Numbered from the whole stretch's first letter, positions 1 through 13,842 are shown. The stretch is DNA of 56,728 bases, filler included, from Sphacelaria rigidula (GCA_964200075.2; 4 parts of 4 records of this genome joined end to end with filler, not necessarily neighbours in it), one strand, 5' to 3'. A program made the numbers and translations. Notes: generated by a model from the sequence alone, not told the origin.

Positions 1-71
1 TAGAATCGTTAGGAGCCCCTGAACCAGACAAAATTTCGCGAAAAAAGTGCACCCCTACCGTAGCATTGCTC
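1..71 (+). mobile_element. MITE family A, truncated right end
   Basis: TAGAATCGTTAGGAGCCCC...GTGCACCCCTACCGTAGCATTGCTC matches the right end of the other copies. Confidence 0.75.
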
Positions 72-2544
72 GCAAAACCTTGCAGACATACACGAACAAC
101 TGTGCAAAAGTTCGAACTCTCCGAAGGTCATTTCCCGATCATTCGGGGTATCTACTTTGTCCGGTTACGTCGGTACTGAAACCCCCTGAACCCCCTAAAC
201 CCTTTAAACCCCTTAAACCCCCACCTAGCCGTGCCCGGGTGCGGTATGCGCCAGATAACCGAATACAATACAAAAACATAGCTTTCAATGGCCTTCTGAT
301 ATAATCCGAGATGCCGGCTTTCACCCTGTACGTATTATCCATCCAGTTTTACTCTACTCACGCTTTGTGACGCAGAGCAGGCAGCATCTCTGTGAGTACT
401 GTCAGATATACCTTAGAATCAATGATACTTCGCACTACGATGCGACATGCTTGCAGATCCTTCCTTCACATCTTGCTCTATTTGCTCTTTTTTTCAATTC
501 CAAGACATCAGTTTAGTGTATGCCATATCTCCGCAGCAATAAGGACGAGTAATATAATACCACTGCTGCTCAGAAGAGGAGAGTTCGCGGGGCGCCCCCA
601 GACGTACAAAGATTGATCGGCAACTAAGGGATGCCGTCTACGGCTGAAACGCATGCACCAAGCGCTAAATCACGTGGTTGCCCGTCAAAGCAACATGGTG
701 TTTGATTTTGTCGCTCTCATCGTGGGGAGATGAGCTTTTCAGAAAAAGTCCTGAAGAATTTTCGACGTTTCACGCAGCGACGGAGATGTTTAACAAGCCA
801 CTGCACGCAACACGGCTCTCTCAAACGACCCCCGACAATAGGTGACGAAACACTTTAGTTTACTTCCGGAAGACTTTCTTTCCTTCAATTGAGCTCAACT
901 AAAAATGTCGCGATTGCCATATCACCTTCGGAAACGACGCTTGCAAAGCTCACAGGGCGTTTGTTCGAGGTTTTCCATGAGGGGTGAAAACATTATCGGC
1001 TGAAGCATATGTTATCCAGGGCTGACGGCCGTATTCGTTGCGACGAGCGACAATACTCATATCAAGTCGATATTATTTGGCTAAATATGTCGTTTTTTTC
1101 TGTTTTGGGTCTAAGTACGAAGAAAACGCCGTTTAGTGTGAGAAAACCGTTGCTTTTCGGCTCTGGCCCACATTAGAGCATGCGACCTACGTTGGGAGAC
1201 TCGACCGAGAGGTTTCCGACTATATCACATCGTGAGAGTCAGTACCCTCGTGCAAAACAGGAAAGTTGGTGAGTTGTTTTGGTACTTTCAAAAGCACGAA
1301 AAACAAAACGCAGCCTGCGATTTCCTCTGCCCAGGCGTACTGTCGCGATACCCTTCGTGATTTCCCCATTTTTTTCACGTCTCACGGTTTGTTCTGATCG
1401 TCGTGGTACCACTTTGGTCGTACTTACCTGCCGCTCACGTGTGTCATCATGATAAGGAGGTTGCCTCACAGACGGCGGCAAGGAATCTCGTGCCTGGTGG
1501 ATCGTTGAGTGCAGCATCGAGTACTGCGCGATCCGGAAACCAGGATGACGGGGGTACCGGTGAGCAGAAAATTCGGGAGTATGACGGCAAGTCGGCACCG
1601 AAGGGACAGGAGTCGAGAAAGCGGACTGTACAGGAAGTTGCCGCCGAGATGAAAGGTACGAATGGTCCACATCCTAGACAATGACACCAGACAACATTGG
1701 CCGAACGTGTACTGCGTACAATATCAAATAATTTCGTCTAATGTTACGGCGGACAATGGATTCGACACTGTGCGCAGTACACTTTTTGAAAATGTAACCT
1801 ATTTGTCCAGGGTATGTATGTAATGGTTGTTCGGGAGCGCGTATGGAACCTCCAAGGTTCCCTGCGTTTTCAGGGTATGGTCGCAAAACTCTACGGGTGC
1901 TGAGACCGTCCAAGGAAGCGCGTACTTCAAGGGTGTGCTCCCGCGACAAACATTCCTGAGGTAGCGCCGAGGTCAACCCTTGCCTCTTCATGTGCCCGCT
2001 GATGCGCACCTCTTCCGCAGTACGGACATTACGACCACGGAAACGGTACACTCGTACCTAGGATATAGACTGTGGCAAAAGCTCAACGTTTCAAGAGTAG
2101 GTGGGAATATGGGCTGAGCAAACATCATGGGTATATATAGTAGCACCTGAAATGATGAACCGTATTCGGGTCCAACCCCGACGACCTTTGGAATGTTGAA
2201 GGCAGGCTATACTTCGTACTATCGTTCGGATCTTTGTGTCGTATTCTAGTGGAGATGACACGTCACGGGTGGCCGCTCCCATTGCTTCATCTGTCGAACC
2301 GGAACACCAATGCGAGGCACGATTGGCAGGCTACGTATTGAATGTTTCCTCACGTTAGTGCATATGGTTTAGGAACATCTTGTATTTTGAGCGGGTACCT
2401 TTATGGTGCATATGCCATGGACTGAGACACGTTCGGGAATACTGGTGTGCAGTGCACCCGTAATATATTGATCAAGACAGACATCATAAAAATAAAATGA
2501 AGTCGTAACCTCTTTTCTTCCAACAGTACTTTCGTTTGCGCTTT

Positions 2545-2735
2545 TTCTTCATTTATTAATTTTTTTGTTTTGACGTCTTGGTCTACTCTGTCGTTTTGTT
2601 CGACTTTTTTTCTTCTTCTGTTCCTTCTTTTCCTTCAGTGAGTGTCTCAGTTTTGTTCTGTCTTGGGTATGTCTATCATGTGACCACGGCTGTACCCCTG
2701 GGGGGTCGGTCAAAGTGCGACAATCAATCAATTGA
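2545..2735 (+). repeat. Dispersed repeat ending in (AATC)n, probable non-LTR retroelement 3' end
   Basis: Ends AAAGTGCGACAATCAATCAAT. Inverted copies at about 30950-31080 and 33200-33335 (ATTGATTGATTGTCGCACTTT...CATGATGGACGTA...CTCGCTGAAGAA). Confidence 0.6.
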
Positions 2736-2812
2736 ATTGAAAAAGCACTCAAGCAACCTGTCTGTCGTCACGGGCGTGTGCGTCTCTCTCTCCTCTTTCC
2801 ATACACGCACAG

Positions 2813-3525
2813 CGGCAGTTTTATCTGCCTACGACCCTTCCGATCCTAGCGTCGTGTTTGTGGACATGATTGTCAACGGGCATGCCGCTCCCTTGCTCTT
2901 TCGACCCCCTCGGGGACTCCACGACGAAGGCGACGACGGCACAACACAGCGGGATGTCCCAGCCGGCATAGCGGTGGAGGTGAGGCGGGTTGCGGGCCTA
3001 CCGAGGCGAAAACGTACCATTGATCGAAAATTATTGTATATTTTGCAAGGAGTCGGCATATGTGAAGGAGGGGAGGCAATAACCAAGGCACAATTTGATA
3101 CCAGTGATTCGTTTTGTAGATGTCGGGCTGTTTTCTGGCACTGACGGTTTGTATCGAGTGTTTCCAGAGTCGAAATGGCTGGTTATTCCCATATCTCCCT
3201 CTCTCTCTGTATATATATACATATATGATTGACATCAAGTTACCGACATTTTGATCTTTAACGCGCCCCGATAGTCAAAGTTTTCATCAAAGCTAGTTTG
3301 AGTGGAGTGAATGAGCCCGGATCCCGACGTAAGTTGGGTTTGTTTCCTCTGGTTTCCGTCGTCCAAACAAGGTGACCACGAGCCAGGATTCGGAATATGA
3401 TACAATTCGATGAAAGCCAACGAGCTGTGGGAGTGCCAACCCACCGCTCGAAAACACAGCGCAAGTCAGTGCGTCGGGTGAGGGGTAGGTTCATCCCTCC
3501 TGACTACGGACTCGTCCTGAGGAGC

Positions 3526-3574
<49 letters not shown>

Positions 3575-5719
3575 GTTAGATATACGGCGAAACACGGCCA
3601 AAAACATCAGCTTTACCGTACCGATGGTGTTCTTTTAGAGAGAGACCACGATATACCGATGGGCTCTTGTCTTCCGACATTGGCGCAGAGGTCATCGTAC
3701 TCTTTTCCTTTGAAGCGTGGCGATACTGAATAGATAACGTGTCGCCACCAAAGCACGGGAGAGAGGAATACACGCTGCGCTGACTTGTCGCTTCAGTCAA
3801 GACATGGATGCTCGAGCGACCTGCGTCGTCGAGTGCATACCCGTTCTACGGTAGGGGGTGCAAACTCTGTTTCTTAGGCTCTATACTTTTAGGAACCTCT
3901 TGATGATAAATGTCTGGGCCTTAGTGTCCAACCTCAGACTACGTTTGGGCTGAGAGGTGCATCCCTACATCCCTAGCGTAAAATCACTCCGCGGGTTAGC
4001 GCGCATTTACGCAGGTACAGTTTTATGAACGGGCAAACATGCAGGGGTGTGGGTATGTCGTTCACGGGGAAAAATATTGGATGAGGGCTTGCGAACAACC
4101 CATTACTGAAAGGACTGCGTCATGTTGACGAGTCTCGACATGGCAAGTCGCACAAGGCAGCGAACCTCAGGCTCCGGGCTCCCCGTCACAGACTCCAGCC
4201 CTGAATCCAACGCCTTCTCTCTTAGTATAGCCGTGACCGGGACGAACTCCTGTTGGGATCCACAGCCATCGACCACAATAGATGGTGCAACTGACACGTG
4301 CCGGTGCTAGTGGCATGCACGACTGGCACCTTGCGAGCAGGAACATGTGGCGAAAAGCGGCAAACTCATCCCTTAGATTTGGGGGGACAATCCAAGGGTC
4401 GGCGTCTTGGGTGCCCCTCACTGTCATTAACTTGGGCTAATATTTTTGCTTCTAGAGCGTTGATCTCCAAATTCATGTGGGGTGTGCACATCGTGCGACC
4501 TCCCCGGCCTTATTCAGATTTTCGGCTGGGTTCAAGAATGTGCTCCAGACACGGGTTTCCTCGGAATAGTAAACACGAGTATTTGCAGGAGTGGCGACAC
4601 ACGCTTCGACAGCCTCGACTCTCGAACCAGTACCCCGCTGTTGAAAATCGATTTGTCTTCGTCAGAGGAGCGACTATGTCGTGGGTACAAAAAAAATAGA
4701 CTTGACGTTCGACGGGGGAAAGGGAGTGCTGAACCAAACCCTCTCGTGATAAAAAAGAGAAGGCAAGCACCGCGAAAGGAGGGTGAAGATCTGACACAAA
4801 TCAAAGGAAAACCTACTGCGTTGGCGTTATTTTTTGTGACCCCGGCTGGTGCGCCCACATACACCGAAATGTGTAGATTGGCGTTCAGAATAAATGGGGC
4901 GACAACGCACGCACACAGTCTGACCCAGAAGTCGGATAATGTTTGATGCCTGAGCAGACCGTAATGATACTCGAAGCATATTTCAACATTGCTGCTTTCT
5001 TGGGTCATTGTTCCTTTACGCTTGTGCCCTGTACCTTTCTAAGCATACCCGCAAGTGCAAAAGCTCCTCGATTTCCCTTCTGCAAGCCTCTCCTTAGCCC
5101 GCTACCCAAACCGTCGTTTCCTCTCCCGCTTCCTGTCTCCTTGTTTCTATTTAATTCCTGAGGCTAGGCGCGAATGACAGCCGAGAAGTGGTGTCTAGAG
5201 TTCGGTTCCAATCGATTGCCGGACATCCAATTTGTCGAAGAGGAGACGAAAAAAGCTTGGAGGAAAATGAAAGCGACACGCTTGCAGCGACGACACGACT
5301 ATTCTGATGCCAATCCGGCGCCCTCGCTCAAGCGACAACGTCCACATGGTGGATTGCCCAACACGTACAACTTCGACACGGCGAAACACGACGCTGGGAG
5401 AGCAGGCGCAACCTCGCGGCCGAGTAACGTAGTCGAACATGGACAGCACACTAACCGGGCTGGAGTATTGAATTCGAAGCGAGAAGCAGCCTATCCGATT
5501 CGGAGTGAGCAGCAGCAGCAGCAGGACAGCCACCAACAATCTAATAGGGGCGAACACCTCCTGGGCGCGGATCGGGCCGACACAATATCCCCGAAACGAA
5601 ACGGAAAAATTAATCCAGGCGCTGACAACCGCGGAATGACATCGGACGAGACGAGACTAATACCGACGTCTGTTCTCGCTTCGGACGTGATTGAGGGAAC
5701 ATCGTTGTTCTGGGTACAG
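2813..5719 (+). CDS. Putative internal exons of an uncharacterised gene
   Basis: Exon 2813-2979 (polypyrimidine tract + CAG, donor GAG|GTGAGG) joins in phase to exon 5168-5719 (within ORF 5174-5776; donor CAG|GTCAGT): ...VFVDMIVNGHAAPLLFRP...VE|ARMTAEKWCLEFG... No confident family assignment. Confidence 0.4.
3527..3572. repeat. (GT)n microsatellite
   Basis: 23 GT units. Confidence 0.95.
3831..3989. mobile_element. Degenerate MITE related to family A
   Basis: GAGTG...CTACGGTAGGGGGTGCA at left and GGTGCATCCCTAC...CACTC at right. Confidence 0.45.
4670..4920 (+). mobile_element. Headless copy of the same SINE body
   Basis: ATGTCGTGGGTACA...GCTGAACC...AAGGCAAGCACC...TGTGACCCCGGCTG...GACAAC is the reverse complement of about 32520-32760. 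Confidence 0.7.
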
Positions 5720-5997
5720 GTCAGTGAGTCGTTAGTTACTGCATCATCCAGCAGCACTGACGAGAAAGTTCGATGATGCCGATAGGATGTGGCAGTGCTG
5801 GTAAGATGCTCCGTTCTATAAGGGAAGCGCAGGTACCGGGGGAGAGATGACGTGATTGATTCCTCGGCACTTGAAGATACAAACTCATACAGAGGAGAAG
5901 GGGACGAGTTTATGACCAAAACGCAAAGGCGAAGGGCACTTTTTACGACAATAGCCTCCCCCGAAAAAGTGCCTGGTTTGAGGAGGCATAATCTTGA

Positions 5998-6144
5998 CGT
6001 GAATCGGAACGAAAAAAGCCAAGCACAACGAGCAGCTGGGAATTGCCACGCTTGGGTTCGTTCTCGCCTCTGTCGCTCATATAAGGTACTTCATGCAGCC
6101 TGAACCTGAACATCAGGCGCTGTATGACCATTTTTTTCGTGACA
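5998..6144 (+). repeat. Dispersed ~145-bp repeat
   Basis: CGTGAATCG.AACGAAAAAAGCC.AGCACAACGA.CAGCTGGGAATT...CATCAGGCGCTGT...TCGTGACA is also present at 38964-39110. Confidence 0.75.
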
Positions 6145-6856
6145 AGTTTGGGCTGTTTGTTTTTGGGGGGGGTATCGTAGAAGGTGTCCGAGGGTCGGAT
6201 ATAACGGGTTTCTCATAGAGAAGGTATCTTTAAGCGCGGGTTGCGTAAATGCGAGGAGAAATGCGATAAAAAAAGTCGATAGATAGCACCCGTACAAGAT
6301 GATACGTGGTGCATACGTGGTGAATACGATAAATACATCGACAGGTAGTATTCGTACAAGATGATATGCGGCACGCAGCACCTCGTAGGTTGAAAGTGTG
6401 CGGACAAGATGCATGCGCAATGCGCCAATTTGTCGAGCAGTCCAACGGCTGGAGATATGGTTGGCGTTAGGGGTAGCGTGAGGGATGGTGGCACCTAGGG
6501 TGCCCGTGGGACGTGCCAGTGCCGTTGGCGTCATGCATAATAATAGAGGGAATCCATATCTTCCGTCGTCTCTGTTGGACAAAGCTGAGCCGTCCGAATC
6601 CATGTTGCCATATGTATATCTTCGCTTCGAATTGCCATAACAAAGCGTACGAACGTGATCTCCGCCAACCCCGTCCTCGCCCCCGGGTACCGAACAGATT
6701 GGGGGGTGGAGCCAGCTAGGTGTCCAGAAACTTAATTTCGGCATGGTACCGTGACTTGTCGCGCCTCAAGCTTTCATTACACCGCATGAATCAACACTGT
6801 TCTCTCTCAATGCTGAGGTGTGCGAAGGAAAAGATTTCGATGATGAGAGGAGGCAG

Positions 6857-6893
6857 AGTAGCACAGTAGCACAGTAGCACAGTAGCACAGTAG
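6857..6893. repeat. (AGTAGCAC)n 8-bp tandem repeat
   Basis: About 4.5 perfect units. Confidence 0.9.
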
Positions 6894-8809
6894 ACCGGTA
6901 CAACCCCTCTTGTCGATTATGGTGTTTTTACAAGCACAACAAACTGTGCACGTTGGCGTTATACTGCCGAGAATCAAATCCTCGCGGGGTAGGTGCTGTC
7001 GGCCGTGCCCGTCTTCTCGGTGCGATCACTCACAAATACAGTGGTGGGTGGGGTCAGCAACCCCGTCAAGCACTAGTTGGTACTGCTTCAAGTCACGCAA
7101 GGGCTAGATTTTGTTGCTGAGCATACCGTATCGCTTTCTCGAGCTTGTTCTTACTTCCATATTCGGTCACATGCTTCTGTGGCAATAACACGTTTATCGC
7201 CAATCAAGAGAACGAAACAATTTCCCTGTGCCTGGTCCATAGGGCAGACCTCGTCTGTGGTCTGCAAGCAGCCAGGGTTCTACCCTCCTACGCTTCCGGC
7301 TCGCCCCGCTCCCGACTTCTCAACTCACAAGGCTTCAATGACGGAGTCCGACAACCTCCCCTCACGTTTCCATGCCTTTTAGTACATGGAACCGCAGAAG
7401 GAAGCACGGCAGCCCACCCCGGCCGAAAACGCCGAATATTTCGTCGGAGGGGTGCTCGGGTGCGCATAGTACAGCTTTTCACGCTTCGGTCGGGGTTGAG
7501 CGCGTGTATGCAACGTACCAGGACGTTGTCGCGGGGACATTGAACACCCTCGATAAGTACATACGTTGATGACTCAACCAAAGTGTGGAAGCTCGTAATA
7601 TATGCCTCACCGATCTCTCTGATCACCGGTGAAATTCTGAAGCCTTGCGGGGCCACCCGCCCCGTCGTTTCCACCAGGTGGTACATACGCTGGCCTACTC
7701 TAGTTTGCGATAACGTACGCTCTCAACCGTAAGGCTAAGTCCCCACCTCCCCCCTATACTCTCCCACACGCAATTCGGGGTCCTCCGTCACACCTCAACG
7801 TGTAGGTGGATCCCCTTCTGCCGCCCTTGTACGTTACCGCTGGAAGCACGGCTCTGGACCTGTCAAAGAAATGGTGCCGGCAACACAACCTGGGCGCGAC
7901 CGACGAACATCTGGTGGAGGCCTTTGGTTCAGGGTTTTAGTATAGTTAGTTATTTTCGGGGAAAGAAAAGATTGCGGGAAGGTTCATCATCGCGTACAGT
8001 TTATTTTTCAGATACCGGGACGTAGAACTATGCCGGTATGTCCAGGTGTCTTGTTTCGTATGATGTACTCACAACTTGTCCCTCCGCTCCCCTCCTCGGG
8101 ATGGGGTCCACATTTTCAGGGGATATTCCCATCTCTCCCTGGGTACCTACCTTGCACTCAATCATCGAGCGTCGGACCATGACCATTCCCGCAGCATACC
8201 GAGTCTCGTTCTCACGTGTTTTGGCGGCAGAAATCAGGGGAGGGAGCCGCTGTTAGGGCGATTGAAACCCATGGTATTTCCCCACATCAGTCTTGATGTA
8301 CCAACTTGATGACTGAGCCGCGGCGGCGAAGAAATCGTGGTTTGAGGCTTGCTTTTCCGCATTCGACAGTTTAGTCAAATATGGCTGAGCAAGAGGACAG
8401 AAAAGGGGGCTTTCAGCTAATCAATTAGATCGATCCTGAAGCAATGTTTCAGAACGCGCCAATCGCGCAGCAAGTGCAACGGCGCTTCATGATGGATCGT
8501 CGTTCATCCGGCCATGTGCTTGCCTGAGGAGTGACTACTCGAATGTATTTAATTAACGCACGCAAAATGTTCATTACAGCACGGTTTTTTTTTCGGCGCC
8601 ACTGTGTGGCTTTCGGCGCCGTAATGAGCGATGTATCAGACCCCGAGATAAACATGAAACGCATATTTTGATCTTTGCAAAAACAGAACAGCATCCAGTC
8701 TCTCAGAAGTGCATCGCGGAAGTCATCGATGAACCGTATGGGGAGCCTGCTGTCATCCCTCTGCCCAGACGTTTCTCGGTGTGTATATGAGAAACTAGAT
8801 AATTTCGGA

Positions 8810-9050
8810 TGTCATTTTTCTTTACACTTGTGATACCTGAGGAACTCATCATGCTGACAACTGGAGGGTGTGTGCTCGAAGCGTGCTGACTCACTATATT
8901 CACTGGTTTGTATTAACTCAATGCACACTGAGAACGCCACTGTGAGAGGAGAAGCGATTTTCTCTGGCTGGCTGAGTCTGGACAGGTACCGTCGGCTGGA
9001 ATTCATTCTGAACTTCCAAACACCCACTCTCATGGTACTACTGTTCCGTT
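8810..9050 (+). pseudogene. Possible piggyBac-like transposase N-terminal remnant
   Basis: FFTLVIPEELIMLT and FSGWLSLDRYRRLEFILNF resemble the piggyBac 'F..FF..E' and 'MSRDRF..I...L.F' motifs; interrupted by stops. Confidence 0.25.
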
Positions 9051-9905
9051 GAACCCTTTTAGAAAGGGGCAAGAGAAGTTCATGTCTGACAGTACCCGTA
9101 CCCGCCACATGGACATGACCGCCTCTATTCACTCACTCTGGTTTGATACCAACATCCAAGGTGGCCTGGAAACTGCTGGACGTGTATCCCAGGCAGATGG
9201 CAACAGCTCGACGCGAACTCGACTTACCCCCTGCGAGAATCACCCTTTCCTATGTCGTTCGTCAGCCGGAGGTGCAGGTAGGAGGGTAAAGGAATGTCTC
9301 AACGCCATAAGCGGGATCTACCGCATATGCATTCGGCACGTTTGTCACGGCAGCGCCTAATTGCGCCGTAGATGCTTCCCGGCTGTATAGAACCGACCCC
9401 TCAGTAAGAAGCTTGGACTAATCTCTTCACGTTGAGCGGAAAATGGGACCGGTAAACGTAGGGCTGATCTCTTGATCCAGCACTGACTTCTGCATATTTG
9501 AGATAACATACATGATGTTCATATTTTTGTGAGACGGAGGAAAATGGGTCTAAACTTAATCCAATATAATTTTCTGATTGGCGGACTGGTTCTGTACAGC
9601 ACGAACGTAGGGTCAGGCTTGCCGGTGGACGTTGTTCACGCTAAATCCCATGTTGATCACATTTCTTAACATCCCACGATGTATGGGAAGTTGACGACGG
9701 GCCCACAAAGTGAAAAAAAAAACCCAGGACGGCAATGTGCAACCTGATTCCACGTTGTAGGGACGTCTGAGCACCTGTCGACAACTCGCGAGAGGAGGAA
9801 ATGAATTTGGCTAACACGGAACAACTCGCACCACGTCAGCCTGGCTTTATGTGTAGAACAGTCTCCACCTGAAACAGAGAACATTGCCTGGTGCGCGAAG
9901 CTCGC

Positions 9906-10218
9906 GAGTAATGCTACGATAGGGAGGGGTGTGCTCATTTGCTGCTTGCCATAGTCGAAGGCTACGATAGAGGGGGGGGGAGAGGGGGGGGGGTATTTTC
10001 TCCCACGAAAAAAGGGGCCCACCGGTGTGTCAGACGACCCAACACACTCGCGGTGCACTTGAATTCCGGTAAAAACGGAGTCAATCGGTGTTCATGAGCG
10101 TTATCTATCGGTAACAAGCGCGCTTGCACAACCGTTGCTGCTTCCAACGAAGATTTGGAGTGGAGTTTCGTGCAAGAAATGGCCCAAAATACCCCCCCCC
10201 CGTATCGTAGCATGACTC
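9906..10218 (+). mobile_element. MITE family B (same terminal motif, different body)
   Basis: GAGTAATGCTACGATAGGG ... CCCCGTATCGTAGCATGACTC; flanks TCGC/TTGC; body shared with 56406-56646. Confidence 0.7.
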
Positions 10219-10661
10219 TTGCCGTAACCAGAACAGTCAACATCGAATGTGCGTATCGCCGCTAAGAACCAAAGGACATGCCCAGTTACCTTCGTATCTC
10301 AATTCGTAATGACCTATATGGTCTTCCGGACGCAGTGCCCCCCCGCGAGAAAAATCAACTGCTTCTGGGCTCATACAGGCTGAGACCCTTAACTGAAGCG
10401 ACATCGAAAGATTGGGCTGGAATATTTTCAATAGTGGCTTCCGCAACCTTTTAGACCGTAAGCAACTAACAGTGGTATCGTTGGGGGAGCTCATCTCACC
10501 TGCAAGTCCCTTGCATTCATTGCCTGGGAGAAATGTATGATATATATATATATAATGTAGTAGCGCAGACGCAGCACGATGCTACTGTATGAGATTATAA
10601 AAACCGCTGGAACGTGTGTCGACGCCCCATTTGGCTAAAAAGCATCAGAGTGCATGAACGA

Positions 10662-10949
10662 CAGCAATGCTAAGGTAGGGGTGCACTTTTTGCGCGAAAT
10701 CTTGTCTACTTCAGGGGCTTCTGACGATTCTAGATGCACAAGAATGTGGGTCAGGGCATCCCCGTTTGCGAATTCCTTCGGAATATCCCCAGCACATTGG
10801 AATAGTAATCCTGGCTAACTCTCACACATTTTCATAAGTCGTGTCTTGTATGAGATAATGGGCTCACAACAATTCTAACCTCAGAAAATATTTGTGTGCA
10901 CCCCTACCGTAGCAAAAAATGAGTACGCCCCCCTACCGTAGCATCACGT
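10662..10949 (-). mobile_element. MITE family A copy (inverted, duplicated TIR at one end)
   Basis: Reverse complement of the same body; CCCCTACCGTAGCA occurs twice at the right end; flanks ACGA/ACAA. Confidence 0.75.
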
Positions 10950-11481
10950 ACAAACGTGTCCATCAGATAGTTCAACACCTCGAAATGCGTGATGTTGCTC
11001 CAATCTTGCTCTACGGAGCGGGAGGGTGAGGGTACTCATAATCTTGCATGCCGTAGTCATATGACCATTGGGGATGGGTGGGGGGCTTGTATCCTGTCGG
11101 GATCTGGCGGCTTCCCGGCCTGGAATCTGGCCGCGTTCCGGTTTTTGTCCGATTTGGCACTTCCCAATGCTGTTCCATATGGGGCCGTTCATGGCAGCAA
11201 CACAACCGAGGAAACATTCGGGGTACCGAAACGCCCCGCAAACTAAGCAAAATGCGGACTACACCCTGTACTTGGTGATTTATTATCTTGTACGTCTAGA
11301 TGAGCCCGAGTTCCCGGGCATCAGTATTGCTCGTGTGTCCCCAAAAGTTCTGTCTGGATTGCTTTGTTATAACATGTTTATTATAAGGCTGGCCAACATT
11401 GCACAGCAATACCGGGTTATGATATTGTTGCCTTGCGGGGGAGAAGACTACACCCTGACTGCCGCGATCTTCACTGCAACA

Positions 11482-11741
11482 GAGTGGTGCTCCGGCAGAG
11501 GGTGTACAAATATTTTCTGAGGTTTTAATCGTTAGGAGCCCTTCATGTCGTCCAAAACACGACTTATGAAATATGTGAGAGTACGCCAAGATTACTATTC
11601 TAATAACGTGCTAGGGATATCACAAATGACCTTACAAACGAGGATGTCCTGACCTATACTCTTGTGCATGTAGAATCGTTAGGAGCCCCTCAACCAGACA
11701 ACATTTTGCGCAAAAAGTGCATCCCTACCATAGCATTGATG
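11482..11741 (+). mobile_element. MITE family A (GAG termini, 4-bp TSD; Sola-like)
   Basis: TIRs GAGTGGTGCTCCGGCAGAGGGTGTAC / GTGCATCCCTACCATAGCATTGATG; flanked by AACA/AACA; body shared with copies at 1-71, 10662-10949 and 51816-52073. Confidence 0.8.
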
Positions 11742-11839
11742 AACACTCACGTACGTTACAAATACGACGAAAAACGATAGCGCCCGGCGTCCATAAGCAG
11801 TGAGAGCGGGAGCCCTGCACTCTCGCGCAACCTCCACGT

Positions 11840-12670
11840 GAGATATCATATCAATCAGGGATGTCAACCTGGGACATGGAAATCCACTAGAAATATATGT
11901 CTGCCATATGCATATCCGTTTGGAATATCCACTTGAGACATTCTCCAGGGATATTCCCCTGGGATATCTTTGCGGGATGTCAATATGGGATATGGATGTC
12001 CATCTGCCGCCGCGACCCGGCGGTGTGACTGAAAATGGCCCGACTGTTACCATTAGGGTGGAGAGAACGTGCGCTCGACTTTCGATGCGTTGGGTTTCGT
12101 CTTCGAAGTATCTGATTTTCACATTCGAAAAGCGTCGGTACGTGAGTAATCAAAAAGTCGTTGACTTGGTTATTTTGGCGAGAGTTGACGCGGTGCGGGA
12201 ATGCCGACCTAAAGCCGCTAGACCAAGAAACAAGAGTGTACCGAGGAAAGATGGATAGGTCACACGAGGCCGCAGATTCGTCCCGAGAAGGGGGAGGGGT
12301 TCAAAGTGTGATAAAACAAAGAGCTGAGACATTCATGTGGAATGTCCACAAGGGATGTCCACGTGGGACACCAATCTGGGATATCAGATCTATCTGGAAG
12401 GTTCATCTGAGCCGGGGATGTCCCAGATGGACGCCTACCTCGGATATGGACATCTACCTGGAATACCAAACCATAACCTTCATCCTAACTCACACCCTGA
12501 CACGTAATCCCAGAGGAGAGTGTCCTATGTAGATATCCAACCTGAATCCGTTATTCCAAATGGAAATGGCCAGAGAATGTGATATCCTAGATAGAAGCCC
12601 GGGAGTGGGTATCCTAGATCCATATCCAAAGAAGATATCCCACATCGATGAAGATATCACAGATGGATAG
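11840..12670. repeat. Two clusters of degenerate GGATATCC/GGATGTCC repeats flanking a unique core
   Basis: GG(A)TATCC-like motifs recur every ~10-25 bp at 11855-12005 and 12335-12665. Confidence 0.5.
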
Positions 12671-13555
12671 GATGATTAAGCTTTGGAATCTGACACACCT
12701 ATAGCAACGACTTTCCACTTCCTCAGCACTCCATCATCGTGTGAGTGAAGACCATCGCGATACCTAGGCCTTGACAGAGTGGCAGTACCCCTCTGATGAG
12801 GCAAGACTGCATTCATTCTCACAGCTACGACGGATGAGCCCGCAGCACATCGAAACGCTGTTCAGAGGAATTATCAATGAATCGCACATTTCTCACACAG
12901 AGGACTGCTGTGGTAGCACACGCCGATACCAGAGTAACATAGCCATCGAAAGTAGACCTGAGCGTAGGGTAGACGCCGACCGGAGCAGAGCAAGAAGTGA
13001 GCCGGGCTTGTTGAGGGCATAGCTCGCGCGACCTATCACGTAGCTCTACTAAATTACCACAATCATATTCCAATACCTTGTTGCTGGCTAACCATTCCGA
13101 TGACGAATCTCTGATTGCGGGGAAGTGCGCATATACCCAGAAGAGTACGTTTGATCTGGGATCAATGAACAATTAGGGGATCAGCCATTCGATAACCTCC
13201 CTTATTCGCACTGTATTGGAAAAATATACCCATCGCCAATAAAGCATTTGCCGCCAAAACACGTCAAATCAAAATCACGAAATCAAGGCATAGTGTCTTC
13301 TGCGGATCTCAGACGTCAACGTTGCCCTTCCCAATAAAAAACAAGCGAAATCGAAGTCTAACCATATGCCGAAAAACACAATCTCCCTCATTCTCGAAAC
13401 GTCTCACTGCACCGAACAAATCGAGCTACTCCCAGGGAGGGACTCCCTCCCCACATCGTACTGTGGCGGACAAACTGCCGTCAACACAGAGTACACAAAT
13501 CTCTTGAGTCACCATCACACAAAAGAGAAGAATATCATTTGTTATGACACTTGCC

Positions 13556-13842
13556 AATGTTTTCGTGAGATTGAGAGTAGAGGATACGATTGAGAGTGAA
13601 AAGCGGTCAATTAGGAAGTTTCGGTTCCGAGATGCCCCTCCACAAGGCCAAATATGCTTTCTATAGTAACTTGCCACTGAGGCCCGTGATATCCCTGAGT
13701 AGGATATCGACGTGTAGCTGTAAGCACACGCCAGTGATAGAGGCAAAGGAAAGTACACACGGAGTGAAAAATTGGCTACGTTAAGGCGAATGATCAAAGG
13801 CACTCTCACTCGGCGCTCTACTCTCAATCTCACTAAAACGTT
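13556..13842. mobile_element. MITE-like element with ~42-bp TIRs
   Basis: GTTTTCGTGAGATTGAGAGTAGAG...GAGAGTG versus CACTCTC...CTCTACTCTCAATCTCACTAAAAC. No clear TSD. Confidence 0.55.

Noticed and set aside
1..10949. One 11-kb transposon bounded by inverted repeats at 1-71 and 10662-10740
   Set aside because: The repeats face outward and each is an independent copy of MITE family A with its own TIRs.
12790..12815. Hammerhead ribozyme core (CTGATGAG)
   Set aside because: No GAAA after a stem II and no supporting stems.
12680..13550. Coding-like remnants here and at 7240-7930, 27460-27790 and 50940-51800
   Set aside because: Short interrupted ORFs with no recognisable motif; cannot be assigned without a homology search.
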